A DNA stretch of 64,000 bases from Camelus dromedarius (Eukaryota), in the NCBI RefSeq assembly GCF_036321535.1, contig NC_087436.1, positions 70,868,001-70,932,000 of the forward strand. The letters are read 5' to 3'. Of the stretch, positions 52,420 through 64,000 are shown one piece after another. A program made the translations under genes and the position numbers. The notes beneath the pieces are model-generated. The model was not told the origin of the DNA. It was given only the letters and a program-made list of their open reading frames with translations, and did not search any database. Positions within the stretch are counted from its first letter, which is position 1, and each line of letters opens with the position of its first letter.

Positions 52420-52995
52420 ATTTTAAAAGGATCAACCCAGAGGTCCTTTGTTCAAAACCTTTTAGTGGCTTCCCATATTACTCAAAATAAAATTTGAATT
52501 TCTAACCATGGTGTATAAGCCCTACATAAGCTTCTCCTCTACCCTATCCTTCTGCTTACCTCATCTCTCTGATCTTATTTTCGATCTCATTTCTGCTTTG
52601 CTTCAGCCACACTGGAGCACTTTTTCCAATAGGCCATATACACAGTCACTTCAAAGCCTTCTCATTTGCTGTTGCCTCTGTCTGGAATGCCATTAACCCA
52701 GATAAATCCCCTCCCTTCATTAGGTTCCCACTGAGATGTGACCATATCAGAGATTCTTTTCCCATTAACAGTGTCTAAACTGCAACTTCTTCCCTTATTT
52801 TGCATTATTTTTCTTAGAATTTCTCACCACCTTATATATTACCTATGTATCTATTTAGTAATCATTTCTCTCTAGAGTAGAAATGTATGCTTCATCAGAG
52901 TGAAGATTTTTTTGTTTATTTATTTCCATATTTCTGAGATCTTGAATAATATTTGATCCTCATTCAGTGCTCAAAAGTATTTGTTGAATGAATAG
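52420..52995 (+). mobile_element. L2 3' end
   Basis: tagtggcttcccat...ctttgcttcagccacactgg...aagtatttgttgaatgaat terminal repeat. Confidence 0.8.
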
Positions 52996-53269
52996 ATTGT
53001 AAATATTATAAAGGCTCTGTATTTTGGATTTATTATAAAAACTTTCATACATAGAGCAAAATGAAAAGACTTTAACATTACAGCACTTACATATTCAGCA
53101 CCTAGATTTTCCCATTAACACTCTGCTGTGCTTGTTTTTTATCACATATCTATGTACTTGCTTTTCTCTTTATCCGTCTATTCTTCCATCTTATTTTTTA
53201 GCATATTTCAATGAAAACTAAAGACCTCTCTACAATTCCCTTTGAATAATTCAGAATGAAATTTATTAA

Positions 53270-54110
53270 ATAGAGTTTGATATTTATTTAGTTTTTCTTT
53301 TGATGTAAAACTTGTGTGTAATTAAATGTATAAATCTGAAGTGTACATTGACTACATTTTGACCTGTGTAACTCAAACTCCTATTAAGATATAGAATATT
53401 ATTGTCATTCCAGAAAGTTCCTTTATACTCAGTCAATTCCTCATTCTCTATCCTGAGGCTACTAGTGTTATGATTATTTTTTCCACCATAGGTTACTTAT
53501 AGAATTACAGATAAAAGGAATCACAGATGCACTCTTTCCTGTCAGACCCTTTCAGGCAGCTTTTGAGATTCATTGTGTTGTTGGATGTATCAGTAATGCT
53601 TTAACTTTTATTGCCAGTAATATAAAGGAGTTTGTTTACTCATTCTTGTTCTGTTGAACACTTGGGCTTCTTTCAGATTTTGGCTATTACAAATTGGCTT
53701 TGCATATTATCATTCAAGTATTTCTGTAAACAGTTCTTTTCTGTATTACTTGGACAAATATCTAAAATGGACTTGCTAATAAGTCTTGTGATAGGTGAAT
53801 GTTTCATTTTATTAAGTTACAAATAATTTTCCAAAGTGGTTATGTCATGTACACTCCCACAAACAATATGTGAGAGTTCCATTGTTCCATATCCTTGTCA
53901 CTGTCTGATATTTTCAGCCTTTTAAGTTTTAGCCTTTGTGGCGGGATGGTAGTGGTGTAGCATGACGGTATTAGTTTATATTTTCCTGAGGAGCAATGAT
54001 GTTGAGCACTCTTTTCATGTGCATATTGGTCATTTGTATCTTTTTTTTTCTCAAGTGTCTATTCAGGTCTTTTGCCTATTTTGTATTATTTGTCTTTTTA
54101 TTACACAATC
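53270..54110 (-). mobile_element. Old L1 (L1MB/ME-like) 3' fragment
   Basis: ttccagaaagttcc...ttccaaagtggtt...gatgttgagcactcttttcatgtgcatattggtcatttg. Confidence 0.75.
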
Positions 54111-55539
54111 CATTTATCATTTAATCTCTCTATTGCCAACAAAGGAAAACTTGGTCTTTCCATGTACTTCCTGAAAAAGAAAAAAATTGTTTTCTCATTG
54201 TGTCTCCTGGGACAAATTTGTACTTCCTCTTAAAATAGAGGCATCTTCTTTTCTATAAAAACAAAACGAAATAAAGTTATTAAAAAGTTACACATCTTAT
54301 GTTAACTTACTCCCCGAGAGCCTATCTGTCACTGTTACAAAGTCACATGAAGTAAAAGGAAACTGTAACTAAGAAACAGAGATCCATGAAAGCAATGCAG
54401 AACCACACTGGATAAATGTACGTGTGTGGGATTTTATGCTTGTGTGAGTTTGGTCAGATAGTGTTTCCTAGACCTGGATTATGATTGTTAAAGACCCAAT
54501 GTGCTAGGCCAAGGCCGTATTCCTCCACACCATTGTTTTGGTTTTTTTTTTCTTTAACCATAAAATCATATGGCAAATTGAATCAAAACACTTGTTGACT
54601 ATTTTAAAGCTTTTAAAAAAATACCAAATGTTAACTTCTCTGAAAATTGTTATTCTGGGGGAAACCTCCGCTTTGCTGGCACCTTAGGCACACACTTAGT
54701 TTACTTAGTGCGTATTTAACACTGGCACTGCCTGATCCCAGAATTAAGGGAAATGAGAGACAAACCTAATAGAAGTTTTAGAATTTATTTTTAAAATACC
54801 TCAGCATTGATAGTCTCCATAAATTTTAATTACTACCTTAGAAGATGTCACCTTCTCTAATAGGGGCTACAGATGTGACAGGTGGTCAGCTAGCATTAGT
54901 TCTAAGAGCCTCTTGAGGACGCTGCTACAGTGTTTCAGCTATTTCCACACCTGATACTCACCAAAGGCGTTAGCTGTTAGCTTAGCTGATGGTAGGTGTG
55001 GCTTTTGATGGGTGAAATTTACAATATTCATGATAAATAGATTTGCCAGAAATAATGTAGATGGACTCTTACTCTTGCAGAGATGGGATATAAGGATCTT
55101 GTGAACTCAGTCATTGACTCTCAAATAATTCTGGGCTCAGCCACAGATTCACAGTTTTCCTGGACTCCTGCTTCTGACCTGGTAATTTATCAGAGTTTGT
55201 GTCAAGAGTATTGTCACTGTTACTGGGATGTACCATTTATACAGGTGCTGCTGCAACAATAAAAGGAAAAGAGCTGGGCTTTATGGCTGCTCTGTTCTTA
55301 TTTGATAATAAATGCCCATATATGTGACATTATTTTGTCAGACTTGCCCTCACTGTGACCTGGTAGGGAGGCTAATGAAGAAGTGATCTGTATCTATCAG
55401 TTGCCTTTAAATACTGACATTTGCCAAAAAGAACCTAAGATATGACTAAATTGACTTTGGTTAGTCTTTCTACACTTATTCTCTGACTCTGATTTTCATA
55501 ATATGATGCTGTGTCTCGATCAAATATAGAACATTTTAG

Positions 55540-55740
55540 GGTAGAGGTTAAGAGTGCAGAAGGACTGGGTTCAAATCCAGCTTTGTCGTTTCCTAGCTGT
55601 TTACTCTTAGGCAAGTTATTTGACTTCAATTTTCATTTTTTCAAATTTCTCTCAGTAGTAAAGACAGTAGTAGTACCTACCACAGTTGATGTGGGGATTA
55701 AATAAGTTAATATTTGAAACCACTTGAAACAGAATTTGTT
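55540..55740 (+). mobile_element. MIR SINE
   Basis: gactgggttcaaatccagct...ctcttaggcaagttatttgacttc. Confidence 0.75.
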
Positions 55741-55937
55741 AAAATGCAAATATCTATGACATTGGAGAGATGGAGTGAGAAGCTATTCTTGGCTCTAATG
55801 TATTGTGAGATATGTGGAAAGATTATAAATAGAATATATAGGATTCTTAAAGTTTTCATAGAATGCGACAGAAATATATTACTTGACCTTGATAGATTAT
55901 AAAAGATGTTTATATTTGAAGTCATTTAAAGTACTCA

Positions 55938-56023
55938 TATGCTGTACACCTGTAACTAATATAATATTGTAAATCAACTATATTTTAATAAAAAAATATA
56001 AAAATGAAAGAAAGGTTAATTAA
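55938..56023 (+). mobile_element. Very short L1 3' tail
   Basis: gctgtacacctgtaactaatataatattgtaaatcaactata plus A-tail; TSD AAAGTACTCA / AAAGTGCTCA. Confidence 0.8.
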
Positions 56024-57059
56024 AAAGTGCTCAAGATGCGATGGCCTATGAACTAAAGAGCAAAACAGAAATCTGTAGTAGCCTCAGGAAACATACTTCC
56101 ACTTCCCTGACATTCCAAAAGAATGTTGTTTTCATTTCTGCTTATAAGCAAAGACAATAAAAGAAGAACATGAATGCAAATGTGTCTAGCTGGTTATTAA
56201 TTATCAACTGAAAGAAATATGTTGAACTTGAAAATGATATGAATCCAAAATAAAATGTTAATTTCATGTCAAACTGATGGCTTAGATTGTAGATATTTAT
56301 TTGCTAGCACTTCATCTCATATTTGAGAGAATATTCCATCATACATACAGTTTTTAAGGGACTAAGTTGAGTATTTTCTAGGTTAAAATAACTAATAACT
56401 TTGTAGGAATTTCATATAACTGTTTGGGAGACATATCAAAATGATTAATGTTCATTCCCCTCTATCTTTCTTGGGACTTCAATATGCATTTTGGAGGATA
56501 AAATTACAGTATGTAACTCTTAGTTAGGCTGATTTATATTGGTGAGAGCTCACACACATTCCTAAACTTAGAACTTTAAAAATATTTTAATGTTCGAAAC
56601 TCAACCTGGAGTATGAGGCTGTGATAGGATGAAGATGTAAAAGACTGTGTAAAATCTTTAATTTCACATAGCAGTTAGATTATTTTTCTTCTTATACTTT
56701 TGTGTGATAACTCTTGCAGGTTTTACACCCTGTGTTATAGATGAGGAAAATGAGGTTCATGGACATTTTATAGCTCATGCAGCATCACATGACTGGCAAG
56801 TAGTGGAGCAGGTAGTACGTCTCTGTCATTGGAGCTGTATCCTGAGCTGGCAATGGTATTTTTGCGGTTGAGAAAATATGAATAACAACATTAAATTCCT
56901 TTAGGGGTTGATCATTTGAAGGCTGACTCTGTGGCCAGGACTCCCTAACAGTTTAGGGAATAAGTTAAGCAGATGCCAGCGTAAAGCATGAGTCCATGAG
57001 TGAGTCTGTGTTGTTCAGCTAAAGGACAAAATACACACGAGAACCATGAGAGCTGCCAT

Positions 57060-57670
57060 GTAAAATCAGGTCACAGCCCTGCTGGAAATGCTCCGATGAC
57101 TTCCCACCACACTTAGAAACAGACACACACCCTTACAATAGCCTGTGGGCGCCTGGGTTACTTGGCCCTGCTTGTTTGTGACCCTGTCTGGTCCTATTCG
57201 TCCCCTGTTTCATCTCCTTTTAGCCATATGAGCCCTCGAACAGTGGAGGGTGGGCCAGGCCTGCTCTTACAGCCTTTGCAGCAGCCGTTCCCTTTATAGG
57301 GAGTGTTCTTTCCCAAGGCTTTTGCACGGTGGGTTCCCTTTTGCCACTCAGGTTTCACTCTGAATGTAACCCCTTTAGAGAGGCCTGCCTTTTCTAACAT
57401 TAGAGTGTCTCCTGCCGCAGCCCTGCCCTGCTGCTGCTTCTAGTGACTCTCTGTGACGTCGTCCTATTTCATTTGTGATGTAGTGCTCGCTAACGCATCC
57501 TTGGTTTATTTGGTTGCTTGAATTTTCCTTTACTCTTCCCTTCCTCTAGATGGTAGAAGCTATAAGGGCAGAGAACTTGACTTTCTTTTTCACTACTTTA
57601 TGTCCCATGTTTAGAATAGCACCTGGCATATAATAAGTATCCAATAAATATTTTTGACTGAATAACTAAT
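57060..57670 (+). mobile_element. L2 3' end
   Basis: taaaatcaggtcacagccct...cacctggcatataataagtatccaataaatatttttgactgaat. Confidence 0.8.
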
Positions 57671-57765
57671 ACAGAAAATTATAGTCACAGGGAGAGGGGA
57701 AGTATGCTACTGGTTTTTTTTTTTTTTTTTTAACTCAGCTGTTAGTTGAATCTTGATCTCCAAGG

Positions 57766-57984
57766 CAGTGCAGTTCAGAAAAAATCTGTGGTGATGAAGA
57801 TACTTTAAAATACATGCTGCCTAACACTGTAGCCACTAACCACATATGGCTGTTACACACTAAAGACACAGCTAGTGTGACTGAAGAACTGAATATTAAA
57901 TTCTATTTAGTTTTGATTTATTTAAATATAAGTTTAAATTTACATAGCCTCACGTGGCTAGTGGCTAGCATATTGGAGAGTACA
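57766..57984. mobile_element. MER3/MER33-like hAT DNA transposon
   Basis: gtagccactaaccacatatggct...gctagtgtgactgaagaactgaat...gtggctagtggctagcatattgg. Confidence 0.8.
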
Positions 57985-59845
57985 ACCCAAGGAATGCCTG
58001 CTTTGATATGTTAAGTGCATTGTTTTATCCTCTGCTAACAGGCAAAAGCATAGCAATGAACAAAATAAAATGACTCTTTCTATATTGGTTAAGATTTTGA
58101 GTGGAATTTCAGTTTGGTAGTCAAACTTCCTTGATGGCTGCTCCAACCATTAAAGTAGAGAGTGATCTTGCTTGACCTTATAAAAAAAGAAAAAGTTAAA
58201 GTTTCACTATTTTTGATAAACACGCTAAGCCACAGCCTGGGCTTATTTCCAGCAGGGTTACTGATTTCTATACAAGTTGACTTGGTTCTCTGCTGGAGAA
58301 GCAGATGGCTAATTGTTCTGCAAGGACCAATCCTTAATGTCAAATTGGTCCCAGGTTTTCAACTTGTGGGAGTATGAGGACAATCATTTTGCACATTGTT
58401 TGACAGTCAGAGGGTCTATTAGCTTATGGATTATTTTACTTCAGAGACTTCACAGAATGGTATTTATTTCCTGTCAAAAGCATAGAAAATGGCCTTAATA
58501 CTAAACCTTTAAAACACTTGACAAAATGCAAAAGCTATAATATTTTTAACCATTATCTATTGTCTTGTTTTAATGATTTTTGAAAAAGTTGGTGTATGAG
58601 AATTCAGTTCTTTTTCTCACATATAAAAGTGAAACAATTCCTCCAGCGTAAAGGATTGATATTTTTAATAAGTCAATACATAAGTTGTATTTCAAAGTAA
58701 TCTCTTGTTAGTTAAAATGGTAAAATTAAAAAAACCCAAATGGCCTGACAATAAACACATTAGAAGAACTGTATCTTTAAGATACTCCATTTAGTATATA
58801 GAGCATATTAGAGGTCCTTAAATTGCTTAAATTTAGACAGAGAAAAATAATACAGCTTGGATCTACTTTTCATGAAAATTCTAGAGATTAGACCTGACTT
58901 TTTGAGTAGAATGTATGCAGTTGTGTACAGAGTGTTGCTTGAGGTGTACTAGGAATGCTCGAAATGTACTAGGCCCCCCTCCCTCTGCCCCCAAAATGGT
59001 TTGCCAATCTATTTCAGTGTCTGATGGTTTATCAGATGGGAGTGATTATTTTGCATTAGGTAAGCATCGTCCTTGCTCTGAAGTTTTGCTTTTTTGGGCA
59101 AATACTTGTGCTAGGGGAGATACTTACTCAAGTTTGTTTGAATTTGCTGTTGAATGGGCTTGCTTTCTGTCAGAAGAAATCTTGTGAAGCATGGAAATGT
59201 CATTTGGAGAGAAAGAAACAGAAAAAGGTGCTGGTGATTAAAAAATATCCTTAGAATATTTTTTGTACTAACCCTCCCACAACCAACTAGATGATTGTGT
59301 CCTCGTGGAAACAATGTGATGCTACTGAAGAGGAAATGAATCACCGTAATACCCCTGAATGAGCATTTACTGGATGTGTAGTATGTGTGAGATGTTCTAA
59401 ATTTCTAGTGCTGTCTGAGAAGTGGCATGAATACTACTTTATTTAGTACTATTACTTTATTTTATGTATTTTATTATTATTATTATTTAGTCCTTATTGC
59501 TATAATAGGACAAACATGCGTGTTATTTCAGGTAATCACTAAAATTAGTGTAAGATTATATAAATGAAATAAAATAGTTGATCACTGCAAATGTATTCAA
59601 AATGAGAGAAAAAGGAACATAGAAAAAATAAAGTATAAAAATGTAGAAATTTTACAACTATATATATCCAATTATCTTTTATGTTATAGTGGTTGTATGC
59701 ATTATGTATACATACACTTAAAACTTCAAATGATGATAATATTTGCTTTAAGTAATTTTTTAAATATTTTTACTGTATCTTAAAATAATGAAAAACTTTA
59801 GCTGTAAATATTTCTATGTATTTTAAAGTAATTTAAAAATATTAC

Positions 59846-60049
59846 ATAAGTGGACTTCTGAACAACGCAAGTTTGAACTGTGCAGGTCTACTTATTTGTG
59901 GATGTTTTTCACTAAGTACACAATTCATGGTTGGTCGAATCCACAAATGTGTAACCCTGGATACGGAGGGCTGACTGTACAGTTATATGCAGGTTTTTGA
60001 GCACGTGGAGGGCCGGAGCAGATTTTTGATGTTGTTTGAGGGTTAACTG
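59846..60049. mobile_element. Tigger2/MER8-like MITE
   Basis: tgaacaacgcaagtttgaactgtgcaggtctactta...gagggttaactg|ta. Confidence 0.7.
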
Positions 60050-62240
60050 TACTCACCTGGATGTTCCCCTTCATCAGTGCTGTCCTTTCCTTCATAAAGA
60101 CCTGAGTTTCTACCTGGTATACTTTCCATTCAGTCTGAGGAACTTACTATTTCTCGTAGACCAGTTCTGGTGAATAATACTTCTTTTCTTTTATTTAAAT
60201 CTATTTTCTCTTCATTCTTGAGACATATTTTGGGGGATAGAAACATCTAGATTGGCAGATTTTTTTCTTTCAGCTTTTAAAGATGCTTCACCATCTTCTG
60301 ATACCCATAGCTTCTGATGAGACGTTTGGATTTGTATCTTTATTCTCCCTTATCTGTCAGTTGTTTTACTGCCTTGATAATTTTCTCTTAATCTTTGTTT
60401 TTCTTAGCCAGTGTGATGTACTTAGGAAGGTTTTGTTTATATTTACCCTACTTGAGATTCATTGAGCTTTTCCAATCTGTAAATACAAGTCTTTAACAAA
60501 TTGGGAAAATTCCATCCATTATTATTTCCTGCCTCACTATCTCTCTCTTTTCAGATTCCATTTAAATGCCTGATGGATTCTGTGATATTGTCCCACGTGT
60601 CTCCAAGACTCTGTTCATTGTTTTTCAATATTTTTACTCTTTATGTTACATGATTTCTATTGATCTATCTTCAGTTTGACTTTGTTATCCACATTCTGTT
60701 GTTAATCCTGTTTTTTTTTCAAATACTGTACTTTCATAATTTATATTTGGTTTTTCTTTACAGTTACTATTGCTCTGAGACTTTTTTTTACCTTTTATTC
60801 ACTGTGAGCATATTTTCCTCTACATTAATGAGTTTTCATAGCTGCTTTAAAATCCTTATCTGCTAGGTTCAATAAATGTCTTTCTGGCTTGGTTTTTGAA
60901 TTATCCTCCTCTCTCTCTCTCTTTTTTTTTTTTTACATTTTTTTATTGAGTTTTAGTCATTTTACAATGTTGTGTCAAATTCCAGTGTAGAGCACAATTT
61001 TTCAGTTATACACGAACATATGTATATTCATTGTCACATTTGATATCTTTCTCTTGAGAATTGGTTACATTTTCCTGCTCTTTTGTTTGTTGAGTCATTT
61101 TGGGTTGTATTTTTAACATTGTGAATGTTATAGCAACTCTAGATTTTGTTAAAAATTCTCCAAAGAATTTTTTGTTGTTGTTGGCAATATACTTGGATTT
61201 GCTTAAACTGAAAATTTAGGCTGCTGAAGTCTCAGTTTAGATATTTTATTACCCAGTGGGCCTTTTAAAGAATGCTTTAAGCATGCATGGAGTTGGCAAG
61301 AGACAAGTGCTTTCCCTTCTGAGAATCCTCTTAAATTTTCCACTAGCTCTTGCACCAAATTGTTCTCTGTTCAGATTTGAAAACTTGCAAGATTTCTATC
61401 AATTCTGGCCATTCCAAGCAGTGCAAATTTCAGCCTGGCCTCAGACTAGAAGAAATACAATGTTAGCTCACTCTTTTCTATTTCCTTCTCCCAAAGATTT
61501 ACTCCCCTCTAGGATCTGCCTGATTTCCTTCATTTATCAACACCTTCAGGTAATTGTATACTTGTATTTTCCCAGCATTTATAATTATTATGTCTGTAAG
61601 GGTCAGATCTGGTAGGAACTTACCAGCCATAGCAACTGCAGAATATAGAATAATTTTTTATAATTGTTTAAAAAACTATCTGGTGGTATTTAAGGTGAAT
61701 AGTTTCATATCCTATGAACCAGTAATTTTACTTCCAATATAATTATGTATATATGTTCACACAACATATTCATAATAACGTCATTTGTAATAGTCAGAAA
61801 CTAGAAATAACTCAAATTTCTATCAACATTAGGACAATAAATAAATTGTGACATATTTGAATGATGGAATAACATACAATTAGGATAAACTATTGTTAAT
61901 GCAACAACATGAATTTTACAACAGAATGTTGAGTAAAGGAAGCCAAATACACAGGAGTACCTACTGATGATTCTATTTCAAGTAAACAAAAAAACCAGAC
62001 AAACAACAACAAAAACAAACTTAATACATGGATTTAAAAGTCAGGAATAATGCTTACCTTTTGAGATTTAGTAATTGGGAGAAGGCAGGGGTTTTCTGAG
62101 GGTTCTAATGATAGTCTATTTCCTGGAATGAGTACAGCTAATTACAAGGATGTACAGCTAATTAGTACAGCTAATTTCACTTTGTAAAAAACACCTTGAG
62201 CTATAAATTTGTGTACTTTTCTGTACATATATTTTTATAA
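60050..62240. mobile_element. Old L1ME/MC fragments, containing a young L1 tail at ~60922-61040
   Basis: T-rich degenerate L1 motifs (cttgagattcattgagctt, ttgggaaaattccatccattattattt); plus-strand L1ME 3' motifs at 61750-62240. Confidence 0.6.
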
Positions 62241-63384
62241 AAAATTCAAAGAAAGTTGGTTGAATTGGTCTAACATAGTAAATATTAGTGTTGCTTCTGC
62301 CAGTAGTTCTGGGTTCCAGCATATTTGGCCATTTCCCAATACTTAGCTTCAAGAAAATACTCTGAATATGATAATAGAGGTTTTGAAATGGAAAACTTAG
62401 TGTCATTTGCAAGTGGCTTAGAGAAGAAAACCAATAAAACTTGATTTCACCAAAAGAAGGTTCAGATGGGGAAAAAAAGGATGATTAAGTCAAAATTAAA
62501 GACATCAAGTACTGGAAGAAAACAGCAGTATAAATTTTTATGAACATGTCAGAGAAGGTTCTTCTAGATAGAATATCCAACTCATAAACCTTATAATGAA
62601 AGTATGACAGTTTTGAGTGTATTAAAAATTTAAAACCCCATAAAGTCCAAGGTTTTTTCTATTTTACTTATTAGTATGTCAGCTAAATCCATAGAATATT
62701 ACATATAAGTATAAAAAAGATGAATCCAATTAAAACTAGAATGCTCTACAGTTAAAAAGGAATGAGGGAGATCTTCAAGGAGAGAAACTATCTCACCAAA
62801 CCATAGCTTGCAGTAGAATTAATATAATTTTGAAGAAACAAAATTATAACCATTTAACAAATGAATATGTTTGTGCCAACTTCTTTCTGTAAGCGTGTTA
62901 CTCACCCAAGCACAGAACGTCTCCCTAGATTTTACATTTATTACTCATGAAAGAAGTAATGCTGGCACATTCTCTGGTGAGTTGATGATATTTCACAGCT
63001 GCTTAGATAATATTCCCTTACCGTGATTGGTGATTTCTCTTCTCAGTGCAATTGGCGAGGATAATAAATTTTCCTCTAATTACCAACTATATTCCTCTCA
63101 GTTGGCTAATTCCTTCCCAGTTGTAAACTTTGAAGAAGCAGGTCAGATACTCTGTGTGACCTGAAGTAATCTGGGCCATATACAACCCTATTGCCTTCAG
63201 AATGTAGCTATTTTGAAACTCTTGTCGCAGTAACAGTATGAGACTGACTGAATATAATACTGGCTAGGAAATATGGAAAATCCCATAATTGTATTGACCG
63301 TTCTGAATATATTTATTTATATGGCATTATTATAAATGATTCCTCTAACATATCATTGTTAATGAAAGTGTATAAATAATTTCT

Positions 63385-64000
63385 AAATGTGTTGTTGCAA
63401 ATGGCAGAATTTCCTTCTTTCTTAGGCTCAGTAATGATCTAGGGGTGTGTGTGTGTGTGCACATATGTATGTGTATGTGTGTATATATATTACATTTTTA
63501 TCCGTTTATCCACTGATGGACACTTAGGTGGTTTTCATTTCTTGGCTGCTGTGAATAATGCTGCAGTGAACATGAGAGTACTGTTATCATTTGAATATTG
63601 TTTATATTTCCTTTGGCCATATGCCCAGAAGTTGGATTGCTGAATTATACCGTAACTTCTATTTTTAATTTTTTGAGGAATCTCCATACTGTTTTCCATA
63701 AAGGCTGCAACAGTTTACATTCCCACCGACAGTGTACAAGGATCCTCTCTTCTCCCCATCCTTGTCAACACTTGTTATCTATTGTCTTTTTGATAGTCAT
63801 TCTAACAGGTATATCATTGTGGTTTTGATTTGCATTTCCCTGATGATTCCTGATGTTAAAAACCTTTTAATGTACCTGCTGGTCATCTGTATCACTTCTT
63901 TGGAAAAATGTCTATTCAGTTTCTCTGCCCGCTTTTTAATTGTATTGTTTTTGTCATTGAGTTGTATGAGTTCTTCACATATTTTGGATATTAACTCTTA
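63385..64000 (-). mobile_element. L1 fragment running off the window edge
   Basis: gatggacacttaggt...ttttgaggaatctccatactgttttccata...ggttttgatttgcatttccctgatgatt. Confidence 0.9.

Noticed and set aside
62132..62175. Three copies of GTACAGCTAATT (also the 17-bp pair at 49063-49099) as a CRISPR-like or functional array
   Set aside because: Short local slippage duplications inside decayed repeats in a mammalian genome, with no regular spacers.
33400..64000. A second protein-coding gene upstream of GC (e.g. a neighbouring GPCR or an albumin-family paralogue)
   Set aside because: No exon with recognisable coding similarity and no CpG island was found; the region is dominated by repeats.

Overview
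Mammalian genomic DNA, AT-rich and repeat-dense. It is most likely camelid, because it carries tRNA-Ala-derived Vic-1-like SINEs. The window contains one complete protein-coding gene: GC (vitamin D-binding protein / group-specific component, albumin family) on the minus strand. I traced all 13 exons by hand, from the ATG at 33132 to the TAG at 5220-5222, with a non-coding exon 13 at ~940-1114. Every intron is GT-AG. The CDS is 1422 nt (473 aa) and keeps all 28 mature-chain cysteines. The promoter has HNF1 sites, and intron 1 has a dense hepatocyte transcription-factor motif cluster. The ~31 kb upstream of GC (33.2-64 kb) is intergenic and mostly L1, L2, MIR, LTR/ERV and DNA-transposon remnants. 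I found no evidence of a wholly new biological system. The best leads are lineage-specific changes at GC glycosylation positions, a conserved in-frame internal acceptor in exon 1 with candidate upstream first exons or promoters, the intron-1 enhancer/LCR candidate, and several nested or rearranged transposon structures. Repeat family names are from recognition of consensus motifs, not from a RepeatMasker run, and boundaries of old repeats are approximate.
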